DNA of 64,000 nucleotides from positions 96,001-160,000 of the forward strand of contig CBDDIJ010000004.1 in NCBI GenBank assembly GCA_965228855.1, in the 5' to 3' direction. The notes below the pieces were generated by a model that was not told where the DNA came from, ran no database searches, and was given only the letters and a program-made list of their open reading frames with translations. This DNA is from Candidatus Obscuribacterales bacterium (GTDB lineage: Bacteria; Cyanobacteriota; Vampirovibrionia; Obscuribacterales; Obscuribacteraceae). Numbering within the stretch: position 1 is the first letter of the stretch; each line of letters begins with the position of its first letter. Made by a program: the position numbers and the translations under genes. Positions 1 through 9,873 of the stretch are shown here, piece after piece.

Positions 1-965
1 CGCAGAACGAGCGGATGAAGTCCCGGTGGCATGGCTGGCTGGCTGACGCCAAGATATGCCGTATAGAGATCCCCATCCTGGCCCCGTTCGATCCGGTCAA
101 GCATGCCCGTGGCCGCCGTATCAGGCAGGCTTTCAGAACCCGCAGCCGCTAGCCACGGCCAGAATGCCGGACAAAGCGCCTGGAACGGGCAGCCGCCGCA
201 AGCCTCCTCACTGGGCTGACCGAGCGTTTCGGGCGGCCCGCCTGCTGCAAGGTGGCGATTCAGCCCGTCCAATGCCCCGAGCGCGGCACTGGCTTCCGCT
301 TCACAGGCGGCAGGTTCGAGGGGGACGTTCATGGTTTGGCCGGATGCAGCAACGACCCGGCCCTCTATCGGCCAGGTGCCCCGTGCGTCCGCGATGATGA
401 CCGCGTACAGCCGCAACTGCCGGCGAAACCCCTCAAGAACTGCCGCTGCTCCCCGCCACGCTGAATCGGGGATGAAAGATTTGTATTCGGTAAGGACGCC
501 GCCATCGAACCGGTCGGGCCGGCCGGCGAGACGGCCTCCTCGTGCGACCAGCAGGTGTTCCGTCGATGCGGTGCCACGATGCGGTGCCTCCCGCTTACTG
601 CCGGTATTCGACGTGATGGCACTCCGTGCTGAGGACATTGCACGCTGACGCACCAGAAAATAGTTCGGCCAACGGGCTGGCTCCGCATAGCGCGCGTCAA
701 GCGGATGAGTGGTGGCCGCTGCAGCTGCCTCCGCGACGGCCGCCGTCCATGCTTGCTCGATGACTGCGTCCGACGCTCCAGGCTGCGCTGCAGACTCCAT
801 TACCCTGTGGAACGCGGTTCCGAGCCAAGCGCGCGGGTCATGCAAAACCCAAGTGTTCGCTGCGTGCGCTGTACTCAGGGCTCCTCGCAGGGTGCAAAGC
901 CGCATGTGCGACCACAGCGTTGGACCCGTCCGGTCAAGAGGCGTCAGGACAATCTGGGGGCGCAT
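1..965 (-). CDS. PD-(D/E)xK nuclease, Cas4/RecB/AddB-like with probable Fe-S cysteines (3'-truncated by window edge; not in ORF track)
   Basis: Manual translation from ATG at 965, 1 nt after the helicase stop, is open for 321 codons to the edge: MRPQIVLTPLD...RLC...WLGTAFHRVME...GRPDRFDGGVLTEYKS...QLRLYA...CGGCPFQALC. Confidence 0.8.
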   Translation of the reverse strand, partial: MRPQIVLTPLDRTGPTLWSHMRLCTLRGALSTAHAANTWVLHDPRAWLGTAFHRVMESAAQPGASDAVIEQAWTAAVAEAAAAATTHPLDARYAEPARWPNYFLVRQRAMSSARSAITSNTGSKREAPHRGTASTEHLLVARGGRLAGRPDRFDGGVLTEYKSFIPDSAWRGAAAVLEGFRRQLRLYAVIIADARGTWPIEGRVVAASGQTMNVPLEPAACEAEASAALGALDGLNRHLAAGGPPETLGQPSEEACGGCPFQALCPAFWPWLAAAGSESLPDTAATGMLDRIERGQDGDLYTAYLGVSQPAMPPGLHPLVL

Positions 966-966
966 G

Positions 967-3900
967 CTAGACCGGACGCCGCAACGCCTCGAAGACGGAG
1001 ATGAAGCTGCGCTGCGGATCGACCCTGAGACTACGTCCACGCTCGGCATCGTCCCATGCAGCGGCAAGCTCGGGGCCTAAGGCTGCTCTGTCAGTGTTCC
1101 AAAGTGGATGCGTGACAATGAGTGCCTCGGTCCCATTCGTCAGGGCCGGCAGGCCTCCGAGAACCGTCCGGGTGTAGCCGGGCCGAGCCGCTTCTAGCGT
1201 GACAGCCGCGAGATCGGCGACGCGGCTCCACCTCGGAGAAGATAGCGATAGGGGTACCGCGGGATTGAGAGCAAGCTGCGCCATATCAACGGCGAGGCGC
1301 CAGTCGAGCAGATTGTGATAGGCGAGATTGCTATAGCTGCGTAGGCAGTCTGGGCAGGATGTATCGCATGCGTCCGCATGAGCATGAGCGACCAGATGAT
1401 CGTGAAATTCGCGCGGCGTTGGCTGCGCGACCATTTCTAAAAGCTCCTGCATAACCACCGGAGTTCCAAGGTGCGTGGCATAGCCCGCACCATTTTCTAG
1501 GGTGTCAGAGAGGAAAACCTGACCCACGACGGTACCGAGTGCCGGATCCTCCTGGCTGCGGATGCCGGCCTTCAGCTCATAGTCCTGAATATCAAGGTAC
1601 ACTGCGGCAGCGCGCCGGAGCATGAAGGCCAAGGAGTATAGCGCCGCCCGTCCCTGTGGCGTCCGCGGATCGGCAGCTCGTCCTGGGCCGTAGTCGCGGA
1701 TGCCCAGCAGCATCATGTCGGTCTCGCTGATCGCTGCCAGCGCGCATTCCACAATGGGAGCAGTCGGCGCCAGCGGGCGCGCGGGTCGGCGGCCGACCGA
1801 TGCAGCATGCTTTTCCTCGGCCGCCGTCGCCGCAGCGACGTCGATCATTGCATCCGTGCCCGCCCAGCGCTCTTGGGAGAACTGGAACAGCCTGCCGGCA
1901 TTGTCGTTGACCACGTGGAGCCGTCCTTGACCGGCGCCGACGTCGAAATTGAGGTGCGGTGCAATGGCGAAGGCGGGTCTTCCTACTTTCGGCCGCGCTG
2001 CGCGGGGAACAAAGTCGAATACCCCGTCATAGTCGCGGGCCTTGGTGAAATAGCTCACGAAGCCCTTGGGTTGCCGGAGATCCATGGGATGGTAGTCACG
2101 GTCGCTGGGACCTGCTGGCGACGCGCATACCGGGCAGGCCGGTACGTCGGGGGTTACAGTCTCGACATGCTGGCAGTTGCCACAAAGTCCGATACGGACG
2201 GATGGCCCCAGCGGGTTCGTTTCCTCGACGGCGCGGGGGCCCTGTGGCCGATAGTGCGCGACACCGATGGCGGTGTGGATAGTCCGTTCTTTGACGGTCT
2301 CGGCACCAGGCGCGAACATGCTGACCGCCAGCTCGAGATCGCGGTCAACGACCTGGCGTGGCGGCCAGTTCGCCGGCTGCTTGTGATAGAGCAGTCGCGC
2401 GCGGGTCGGAAAACCGAACATGGGAAGGATGCCGCGATTTGCGAGACGCTCGCTTAGCGGAATCTGTATGAGGCTCTGATCCTGGGTCGCGGCTGTGATC
2501 TCACCAACAAGCCGAGTTGCGATCCAGTTGATCGCGGCGAGCTGCTGAGCAGCGTCTCCGGCGAGACGTGTCCCGACGAGCAGTGCGTCGCACATGTGTG
2601 TGACGGCCGCACCATTATTTCCGATCCATTCCTGGATGATGTCGGCGACAGTGGTTCCCGTGTAGCCAGCAGGCGGATTGGGCGGCGGCAGTGTCCAAGC
2701 GTCGTAGGCGCCGAATTCGCCATGCACACTGTCGCCGGCTGTGCCTGTGAACAGGTTCAGTTCAGAAAAAGCCTGTCGAAGCACTTCTTTGGCCAGGACG
2801 CGTAGAAGGATCTGCGGCCGGTTCGTATCGACGTAGGGTGGCGGCGGCGGATCGGCGGTGATCCGCTCAGGCCGCTGGAAGTAATAGTCGTCGTGACTCC
2901 GGCCGCGGCACAGCGTGAGCGCGAGCGAAAGCGCCGCGCCGCGACGTCCCGCCCGCCCTACGCGCTGCTGATAGTTGAAACGCATAGGCGGCATGTTGGC
3001 CATCATCACCGCAAGGAGCGAGCCAATGTCGACGCCCGCCTCCATGGTCGTGGTGACGCTGAGGAGGTCAACATTGTCGGTGAGAGGCACCTCAGCGCCG
3101 ACCGTGATGTTCTGGAAGAGCCGCTGGCGGTCGCGAGCGAGCAGCTTGTCCGTCTGGCCGGTCAGTTCTGCACAGTTGAGGCGGAAAACAGGGCCCGCGC
3201 TCACTGCGAGCCACCGGTAGTAGTCGGCTTCCTGACCGGCGTCGTCGACGCCAATGTGCAGGGGCGTCCCGAGCGGGGCGTGACATCCGCTACAGATGCC
3301 ACCGCTTGCGTGAAGGTGGATGCGTGAGCAGCGGCCGCACTCATAATAGATGTCGCCCACGTCGGCGACGAAGAGGCCGCGAAACAGCAGCAGCCCCTGA
3401 TCGAATACACCGGCCCTGGTCAGAAGGTCGGTCACATCGCGCTCGAAGTCAGCGACGACTAGACCATTTAGGAGTGCGACGGCTTCAAGATAGTCCCGTG
3501 TGTATTTCGGAAGTCGCGTGTCATCAACTGTGGCTCGATGGGTATCGATCCGCCGACGTTTGCCGAGCATGCGGATGCAGCTATCCGCTGCCTCCTGGAT
3601 GGCCGCGGACGCGCCCGCGTAACGCATGCGGTCAAAGGTGAGGTATCCCAGCTTCAGCGATTCTAGGTCTCGCCGCCCCCCCGAGAAAAGAGTCTCAGCG
3701 ACGGCTTCGCGGGCCGCGACCTGGATGCGCGTGCGGTGAGCCTGCTCCTCTCCCGATAGAGCGGGCCGGTAGTCGGGTGGGAACCGGGTCCAGTCGAAGA
3801 GACGCTGCCATTCGCCCTGGTGCTCGTCGAGATCGGTCCACATGACGCTGCGGTCGACACCGCCGGGATTCATCCCCGTGGTAAGCAGGCGGCGAGATGC

Positions 3901-6612
3901 TTCGTCCTCAAGGTCCGTGACGCGGGAGAGGCCTGCCCTTGCTCGCGCTAGCACCTGAACCGCAAGCTGCTCCATCGTCAGGCCGCCGACGGCCGAAGGC
4001 AAGGTGCGCATGAGTGGATGCTGGGCCGAGAGAATGGCCTGGGCCTCGCTCTGCCGCGAAACTGCAAACCGGCCGGCGAGTAGTGTCTCCTCTGGGCTCA
4101 GGGCGCCGCCTTGCGCCTGGCGCTCGAAGAGGAGCACCGCACGCACGCTATCGGCCATGCCGTCGACCAGCGTCTGCCGCAAGGCATCGAGCCAATGAGA
4201 CTTGGCGACGCCGACCGAAAGCTTGGCCGCGTCTTGCCGGCTATCCGAAAAGAGAACCAGCTTGCGGCGCACATCCTCGGGTGGCGACCCGGCGGCAGGC
4301 TGAGGCGGTGCGATCTCGCGCAGCAGCGAGTCTGAGAGCACCTGCGCGACCTTCTGGAAGCCGGTGCGCTGGGTCCGGATCGGAGCCGAGCTAGCCATTC
4401 CGCTCCAATTGGCCTCGCAGTGGGGACAGACCGATGGCCGCTCGTTGCGGGCACTCGGAACGGCCGCGCGAATCGGCACGGGATTCTGATGGAGATCGGG
4501 AACATGGTAGATCCAGCCTGTCGCGTCCGCGCGCCTGCTCGCGACCTGGATTTCCCCCGTGCGATGGTCGAAGGCAGCCATGCGCCACCTTCGCGTGACC
4601 CCTTCCTGGACCCAGCTGTCGCGCTGCGGCTGGCGCAACGTGCCGTCGGGCATCCGAGCGGGCCAATAGATGGCATAGTTGTCATAGTCGCGGTCGTTTG
4701 CGGAATGATCCGGAGCCTTTTCGATGTTCGGATCATCCGGCACGAGCGACCAGACGTTCGGCTGTAATGTGCGGCGATAGCCGCCGAGGAAGATGTCCCC
4801 GCAGGGTTCGCAGTAGAGCATTTCGAGCACACGCGATCCGCACGCGCAGGTGGTTGTCGGCCGGTCGAAGAGGCGTCCGACCGGAATACTTGCATCTGCC
4901 CAGGTCGCCTCGGTGCACTGGGGATTGCTGCACGCCCATACCCCTTGGACGTTGCGGAAGAAGAGGTGGACCCTGACCGGCAGTAGTGGTGTGCTGCCAA
5001 CTGACTGTGCAGGTGCCATAGCCGCCACGATGCCAGCAGCCGCGGCCGTCGCATCTTCAAACGAGTCGCCGGGAAAGAGCGTAGCGCCGAGCGCGCCGAG
5101 GGTTCGGGGCACAATGGTTGGATTCTCATCTGACCCGCCGTTGCACGCTGCGCGAACGGCTTCGGTAACTCCCGCGTTGTCCAGCACAGCGCCCAGCTGC
5201 TGCTCTTCGGGCAGCGTCGGATCGGGCACCGGGAGACCTGCCGCGGCCGCGAAAGTGCCGGCGGCCGTGGCTAGACTAGTCCCGCCACCATCGGCAACTT
5301 GATGTCCGAGGGTTGCCAGTTGGGCCCCGAGGGCGCGTATTCGGCCCGTGGCACCGGGCGAAAGCGGGACTGCACCGCCTCTCACAAGGTTGAATGGACG
5401 TGACCGTCCGAAGAACTGTCGCAGATAGTCCTGCGCACGGGGTTCGTCTTCGCCGAGCGACGCGCTGGACGCCAGGATGCGCAGCTGCGGATGGTCCGGA
5501 TGCAGCCCGAGTCGATCATAGAGAACGCGCAGAATGTAGCCGACCTCGGTGCCTGGGGTACCTCGATAGCTATGAAGCTCATCAACGACGAGATGGAAGA
5601 TGTTTGCTTCGTCAGCATCGAGCCAACGGCGAGTCTGGTCGAAGATGGAAACCTCAACATCCCGCATCAGCATGATGTTCAGCATGCTGTAGTTAGTGAT
5701 GAGGACGTCTGGTGGTGCATCTTGCATATCCCACCTGCTCCACATCTCGCCGCCGTCGAAGCGGGGAAAGAAGCGTTCGGCATCTGTGCCGGCGACCCTC
5801 GCGGCTAGCCCGCTGAGGCGCTGCAGCTCGGTGCGGAGATCGGCTTCCCCGCTGTTGCGGTCCGGCCGTCCAGCGATCGGCGTCCAGCCGGTATAGCGGC
5901 CGAACCAGAAGCGATTGCCCGGACGGTTTGCGCCAAGCCAGGCGCGAACCTGATCACCATCAAGTGCCAGGCGGAGCCGGGCCATCTGATCTTCCGCAAG
6001 GGCGTTGAGTGGGTAAAGAACCAGCGCCCGCATGGCAGGGAGGCGTCCTCCCTGCTCATGCGCTCGCTGCGAAATTCGTGGATGGTAGCGCCGGTTCCCC
6101 GAGCCCGGTGGAGGCGGCATCGTCCACCAGTCGTTCCGTGGCGCAGCTCCAAGCACGGGCCAGGCGGCGGACTCTTTGACCAGCGCGGCGAGCACCGGAA
6201 GGTAGATGGATTCGGTCTTTCCCGATCCGGTGCCGGTAAGGATGACGGAATCCTCGCCGTTGACCACGCTCGAACGCAGCATTTCGACCTGATGTGTATA
6301 CAGTTCGATAGGAACGCCTGTTCGGGTGCGAAAGAGACCCTCCTCGGCGATGCCGGCGAAGTCCCCCACTGACGCCGCGGTCCAGCCGGCGGCTGAAGCA
6401 AGTTCGGTGGTGACAGCAGACCGGATGTCGTGTCCGCTGCCAGCGTATGGGGGCTGCGGTTCAATGAGCGGCTCGCGGTAGAGGACCCCATCGCGGTCCA
6501 GCAGCCGTCGCCGGGCCTGGACGAGTTCTTCAAAGCGCAGATCAAAAGGGCTGTCGAAATAGCGCAGATATGCGCCCTTCAGGCTTTGGAATGTCTGGAT
6601 TGGATCGCTCAT
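967..6612 (-). CDS. druE: Large SF2 DEAD/DEAH helicase with C-terminal DUF1998 Zn domain, Druantia DruE-like
   Basis: 1881 aa. Motifs TGTGSGKT, DELH, SAS, TTTMEAGVD, QRVGRAGRR, several CxxC pairs and CDTSCPDCL. Size and gene context match druMFGE. Confidence 0.8.
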   Translation of the reverse strand: MSDPIQTFQSLKGAYLRYFDSPFDLRFEELVQARRRLLDRDGVLYREPLIEPQPPYAGSGHDIRSAVTTELASAAGWTAASVGDFAGIAEEGLFRTRTGVPIELYTHQVEMLRSSVVNGEDSVILTGTGSGKTESIYLPVLAALVKESAAWPVLGAAPRNDWWTMPPPPGSGNRRYHPRISQRAHEQGGRLPAMRALVLYPLNALAEDQMARLRLALDGDQVRAWLGANRPGNRFWFGRYTGWTPIAGRPDRNSGEADLRTELQRLSGLAARVAGTDAERFFPRFDGGEMWSRWDMQDAPPDVLITNYSMLNIMLMRDVEVSIFDQTRRWLDADEANIFHLVVDELHSYRGTPGTEVGYILRVLYDRLGLHPDHPQLRILASSASLGEDEPRAQDYLRQFFGRSRPFNLVRGGAVPLSPGATGRIRALGAQLATLGHQVADGGGTSLATAAGTFAAAAGLPVPDPTLPEEQQLGAVLDNAGVTEAVRAACNGGSDENPTIVPRTLGALGATLFPGDSFEDATAAAAGIVAAMAPAQSVGSTPLLPVRVHLFFRNVQGVWACSNPQCTEATWADASIPVGRLFDRPTTTCACGSRVLEMLYCEPCGDIFLGGYRRTLQPNVWSLVPDDPNIEKAPDHSANDRDYDNYAIYWPARMPDGTLRQPQRDSWVQEGVTRRWRMAAFDHRTGEIQVASRRADATGWIYHVPDLHQNPVPIRAAVPSARNERPSVCPHCEANWSGMASSAPIRTQRTGFQKVAQVLSDSLLREIAPPQPAAGSPPEDVRRKLVLFSDSRQDAAKLSVGVAKSHWLDALRQTLVDGMADSVRAVLLFERQAQGGALSPEETLLAGRFAVSRQSEAQAILSAQHPLMRTLPSAVGGLTMEQLAVQVLARARAGLSRVTDLEDEASRRLLTTGMNPGGVDRSVMWTDLDEHQGEWQRLFDWTRFPPDYRPALSGEEQAHRTRIQVAAREAVAETLFSGGRRDLESLKLGYLTFDRMRYAGASAAIQEAADSCIRMLGKRRRIDTHRATVDDTRLPKYTRDYLEAVALLNGLVVADFERDVTDLLTRAGVFDQGLLLFRGLFVADVGDIYYECGRCSRIHLHASGGICSGCHAPLGTPLHIGVDDAGQEADYYRWLAVSAGPVFRLNCAELTGQTDKLLARDRQRLFQNITVGAEVPLTDNVDLLSVTTTMEAGVDIGSLLAVMMANMPPMRFNYQQRVGRAGRRGAALSLALTLCRGRSHDDYYFQRPERITADPPPPPYVDTNRPQILLRVLAKEVLRQAFSELNLFTGTAGDSVHGEFGAYDAWTLPPPNPPAGYTGTTVADIIQEWIGNNGAAVTHMCDALLVGTRLAGDAAQQLAAINWIATRLVGEITAATQDQSLIQIPLSERLANRGILPMFGFPTRARLLYHKQPANWPPRQVVDRDLELAVSMFAPGAETVKERTIHTAIGVAHYRPQGPRAVEETNPLGPSVRIGLCGNCQHVETVTPDVPACPVCASPAGPSDRDYHPMDLRQPKGFVSYFTKARDYDGVFDFVPRAARPKVGRPAFAIAPHLNFDVGAGQGRLHVVNDNAGRLFQFSQERWAGTDAMIDVAAATAAEEKHAASVGRRPARPLAPTAPIVECALAAISETDMMLLGIRDYGPGRAADPRTPQGRAALYSLAFMLRRAAAVYLDIQDYELKAGIRSQEDPALGTVVGQVFLSDTLENGAGYATHLGTPVVMQELLEMVAQPTPREFHDHLVAHAHADACDTSCPDCLRSYSNLAYHNLLDWRLAVDMAQLALNPAVPLSLSSPRWSRVADLAAVTLEAARPGYTRTVLGGLPALTNGTEALIVTHPLWNTDRAALGPELAAAWDDAERGRSLRVDPQRSFISVFEALRRPV

Positions 6613-7481
6613 GCGAGTCTTAGCCCCGTGATGGCAAGCGTCAGTCTCAGAATTTCAAGTGGAATGCCTGCAAACGAAATTCGCCGGGTGGCAGCGTCGT
6701 AGTGCGGCGGCAGGCCACTGCAGAGAGCAAGGGCCCGGGCGATCGGAGCTGGCGGAAGCAGCTGGCCAGGAAGACCGAGCACTTCCGTGTCGGACGACCA
6801 GGAAAGCGTCTTGAGTTTAGCGGCGGCAGCAAGACGGCCGGCCCGGTCATCGATGTAGGCACATTCAGATACGTCGAGCTTCAGAAGGCTCACCCAGTCC
6901 CAGTCGCGTTTGATGCGGAAAAAGCCGGATCGGGCGGCAGAAGCCTCTGCAAGCGTGGACTCGACCCAGCCGATCCGTGAGCGAGAAAAACGGCGTACTG
7001 TTTCGACGCGCCCACCCACCATCGGACACGGTGTGCGGGGCCAGTCGCGGATGGTAGGAGTGCAGGCTAGAAGGGTGAGACCGGCGTCGAGCTGCAAGGG
7101 TATGCCTGCCGCAGACGCGACGGCTGCGAACTCGCCATTGGAAGCTCCTGTGAGCTGGACAGCGGCGGGAAGCGTCTCGATCGCGTTGGTTGCGAGTTGC
7201 ACACCGACGCTTGCGCATGAGGCGGCGAGCGAATCCAAGACGCCTGGCGTTCGCGCTCCGCACAGAACCGCTGACACTAGACCGTTGGGACGTTCTGGCA
7301 GGCCAGCAAGCACCGGAGGTGCAATCTTCCAGTTGTCATTGGGCAGCAGTTCCAAGTGTCCGAGCGTCGCCAGATTGTCGACGGTCCGGCGAACAGCACC
7401 AGCATCAGCAAGGTCCGCGGGTATGTCGTTCAGCCGGCCGGTTCGGCGAAACGACATCCATTCGAGCAGGCGGTCCGTCAT
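6609..7481 (-). CDS. Hypothetical protein, DruG-like by position
   Basis: 290-aa ORF with ATGA overlaps to both neighbours, directly upstream of the helicase. Confidence 0.65.
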   Translation of the reverse strand: MTDRLLEWMSFRRTGRLNDIPADLADAGAVRRTVDNLATLGHLELLPNDNWKIAPPVLAGLPERPNGLVSAVLCGARTPGVLDSLAASCASVGVQLATNAIETLPAAVQLTGASNGEFAAVASAAGIPLQLDAGLTLLACTPTIRDWPRTPCPMVGGRVETVRRFSRSRIGWVESTLAEASAARSGFFRIKRDWDWVSLLKLDVSECAYIDDRAGRLAAAAKLKTLSWSSDTEVLGLPGQLLPPAPIARALALCSGLPPHYDAATRRISFAGIPLEILRLTLAITGLRLA

Positions 7482-9868
7482 GTGCGAGGCCTCCTGCTCC
7501 TAAGCTGGCGGGCGCGCGTCTTGGCCTTCCGCCATGCCTCCTCGCCGAGTGGATCGGCCTTGACGAGCGGAAGGCGCCGTGCAGTCGCAGTCCGGACTGT
7601 AGCAACCCACTCTGCATCATGCCGATTGGATGCGTTCTGTGCTGGTGCCGGACCAAGCCAGACGACCCGGCCTTGCGTTCGGCGCGCTCCTGTCGCCGCA
7701 AGAAGGAACGCGGGCGGCTCGTCCGAGAGGCCGACGGACACGGCGACATCGTGGCGCTGCCGAAGCGGCGTTGCACCTGATTTAGCCCCTAGCGCTACGA
7801 GCGTAGCCAGTGGCTCGTGTGCGATGACCCTCTCGCCAGCTGGGCCGAGAATTAGCGCACCGCAAATGCGCGCCCGAGCCCAAGGACCCTTAGCGCCTTC
7901 TCCGAAGCGCGTCGGGTGGGCATCCCAAAAATCCCAGCCATCAGAGAGCCAAGGGTCCCCCGCAATCTCGTAAGATACCGACGGACCGGGCACGACGTCG
8001 ACCATGTGCTGGCCCGCCTCGTCCCATCCAGCTGCGACCCACGAGCCGTCGGAAGAAAGCGTGGCTGGCTGTCCGCCGATCGTCACCGAAGCCCCGACCG
8101 GCGCTGGAACGATGGATACCCGCGGGGGATGGCCAGCAGCATAGACCCGCTGCCGAATCGCGAGCCCTCCATCAAAGATGATCTCAAGTCCTTCCCCCGG
8201 GTCTAGCGGCCGGAGGCCGGCAGGAAGCGGCGGCGCGGCGGAATGTGTTGGTGCGTAGCCCGAGAGCACGATCCAGCCTTCGGGAATGCCGTGCCAGTGT
8301 TCGAGCAGCTGCGGGGCTGGTGACCCCGTCGATTCCGCGGCGACGCGGACGGCTTCCACGTCGGTTGAACGGCAAAGCAGCGTATGCGCAATGCCAGCGC
8401 TTACCGCGCTGACTGAAATCAGATCGGGTTCATTGGCGTCGGCGGAGAAAACATGAACCTGTCGAGCGCTGCGCAACCACTGCAGGCGCTCAGCACTCGC
8501 AAGGCGGAGTTCACCGTCCAGAAGTTCACTCGTCCATGGCAGATTCAGGTCGTCATAGCGTCTTTCGTCATACGCCTCGACGATGTGGCTTCCGGCCAAC
8601 TCCACAATTACGCGCTCGGGAAATCCATCTGGACGTGTCATCACCACGGACAGTCTTGCCGTCCGGCGGATCGGATGGAGGGATAGGCGCAGCTTGGCTT
8701 CGGCTGGTGGACGAGGCGCAAGCTCCGGAGCACCTGCGGGGAGCTGTGCAGCTGTGTCGCTCGCAGCAATCGCCCGGCGCTTTCCACGGCGGTCTCTATG
8801 AATGGCCGGCTGTTTGGACCGAGGCTTGAGGGGTGCCGGAGCCTCGGTTGCCTCGTGTCCGTCGAGCTTGCGAGCTCCCGGAGGATCATCGACGGCTGAA
8901 TGCGCTGCATCGGTCGCATTGACGGTGGCCAGCAATTCTGCGTCCGGCTCTTCCTGGTGAGGGGAGCTAGCCGGATACTTGGCGAGACTCTCGTCTGGCA
9001 AACGAGGTGCGCCGTCTACGGCCGCAACGGTCGTGTTGTCCTCCAGCAGCGCCCGATCGTCCACGGCTTCCACTGGAGCGGTAAGATCGTCATCAAGGGG
9101 CGTAGCAGTCACATCTTCGCCTGCCGCCACAGGTCCCGCGCCGGGATCCTCAATTTCCTGAGGCGGCTCATCGGTGTCGGCAGGCAACACGTCGGGCACG
9201 GTCTCGACTATCGCAGTGCTGTTGGGCATCGGACCCAACGATGTTTCGGCGACAGGTTCCGCCGACGATTCCGGAGACGGGTCATGGGTGCCTGGGACGG
9301 GAAGACGAAACGAGCTAGGTTCCGGGCTGGCGATTTCCGGCGACGGGTCTGCGGGTTCCTCGACGCTCGGAGTGTCCTCCAAGGGAACCTCAAGCACCTC
9401 GGCGGGGTCGGCCGGCAGACTATCCTGCTCGATGCCGATCGCGATGATGCTAGAGGGTGTCAGATCCAGGGATGTTTTGGTTGCGGCCATCGACGTCGAG
9501 TCTGGCAGCGGCCCGGAGATGATCGGCTCGACCGGCGGGGATCCGCTGCTAGCGACTTCCTGCTCGGGGATCGCCTCGGCTGAGACCGTGGTCCCGGAGT
9601 TGCTCGGGGCCTCATCCATGTGAGCACGTGCTGAAGGTTCCGCTATACTTTCCTGCGTTTGACGCAGGTGGGCACTGCCAAGGTGTTCACTTCTGTCGAC
9701 GCCGCCGTTGCTGGCCGCACGCGCAGCGGGTGCTGTCACCGCGACCGGTGTAACACATGCTCCTGTATTGAGACCTTTCGGGCGCGTCAGCCAGCGTGGG
9801 GCTTTTGGGCCCAGCGTTTTCACGAGGGCCCCAAACAGTCCGGCAAGTGCACGAAGAAGCTTCTCCAT
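7478..9868 (-). CDS. Hypothetical protein, DruF-like by position, with long acidic Pro/Ala-rich N-terminal half
   Basis: Start reassigned to ATG 9868 (MEKLLRAL), 5 nt after the methylase stop; 796 aa. The C-terminal half is Trp-rich and looks globular. Confidence 0.65.
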   Translation of the reverse strand: MEKLLRALAGLFGALVKTLGPKAPRWLTRPKGLNTGACVTPVAVTAPAARAASNGGVDRSEHLGSAHLRQTQESIAEPSARAHMDEAPSNSGTTVSAEAIPEQEVASSGSPPVEPIISGPLPDSTSMAATKTSLDLTPSSIIAIGIEQDSLPADPAEVLEVPLEDTPSVEEPADPSPEIASPEPSSFRLPVPGTHDPSPESSAEPVAETSLGPMPNSTAIVETVPDVLPADTDEPPQEIEDPGAGPVAAGEDVTATPLDDDLTAPVEAVDDRALLEDNTTVAAVDGAPRLPDESLAKYPASSPHQEEPDAELLATVNATDAAHSAVDDPPGARKLDGHEATEAPAPLKPRSKQPAIHRDRRGKRRAIAASDTAAQLPAGAPELAPRPPAEAKLRLSLHPIRRTARLSVVMTRPDGFPERVIVELAGSHIVEAYDERRYDDLNLPWTSELLDGELRLASAERLQWLRSARQVHVFSADANEPDLISVSAVSAGIAHTLLCRSTDVEAVRVAAESTGSPAPQLLEHWHGIPEGWIVLSGYAPTHSAAPPLPAGLRPLDPGEGLEIIFDGGLAIRQRVYAAGHPPRVSIVPAPVGASVTIGGQPATLSSDGSWVAAGWDEAGQHMVDVVPGPSVSYEIAGDPWLSDGWDFWDAHPTRFGEGAKGPWARARICGALILGPAGERVIAHEPLATLVALGAKSGATPLRQRHDVAVSVGLSDEPPAFLLAATGARRTQGRVVWLGPAPAQNASNRHDAEWVATVRTATARRLPLVKADPLGEEAWRKAKTRARQLRSRRPRT

Positions 9869-9873
9869 GAGTG

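Noticed and set aside
1..965. Cas4-like gene as a sign of a CRISPR-Cas locus
   Set aside because: No repeat-spacer array or other cas genes are visible in the window, and the gene is coupled to the helicase operon.
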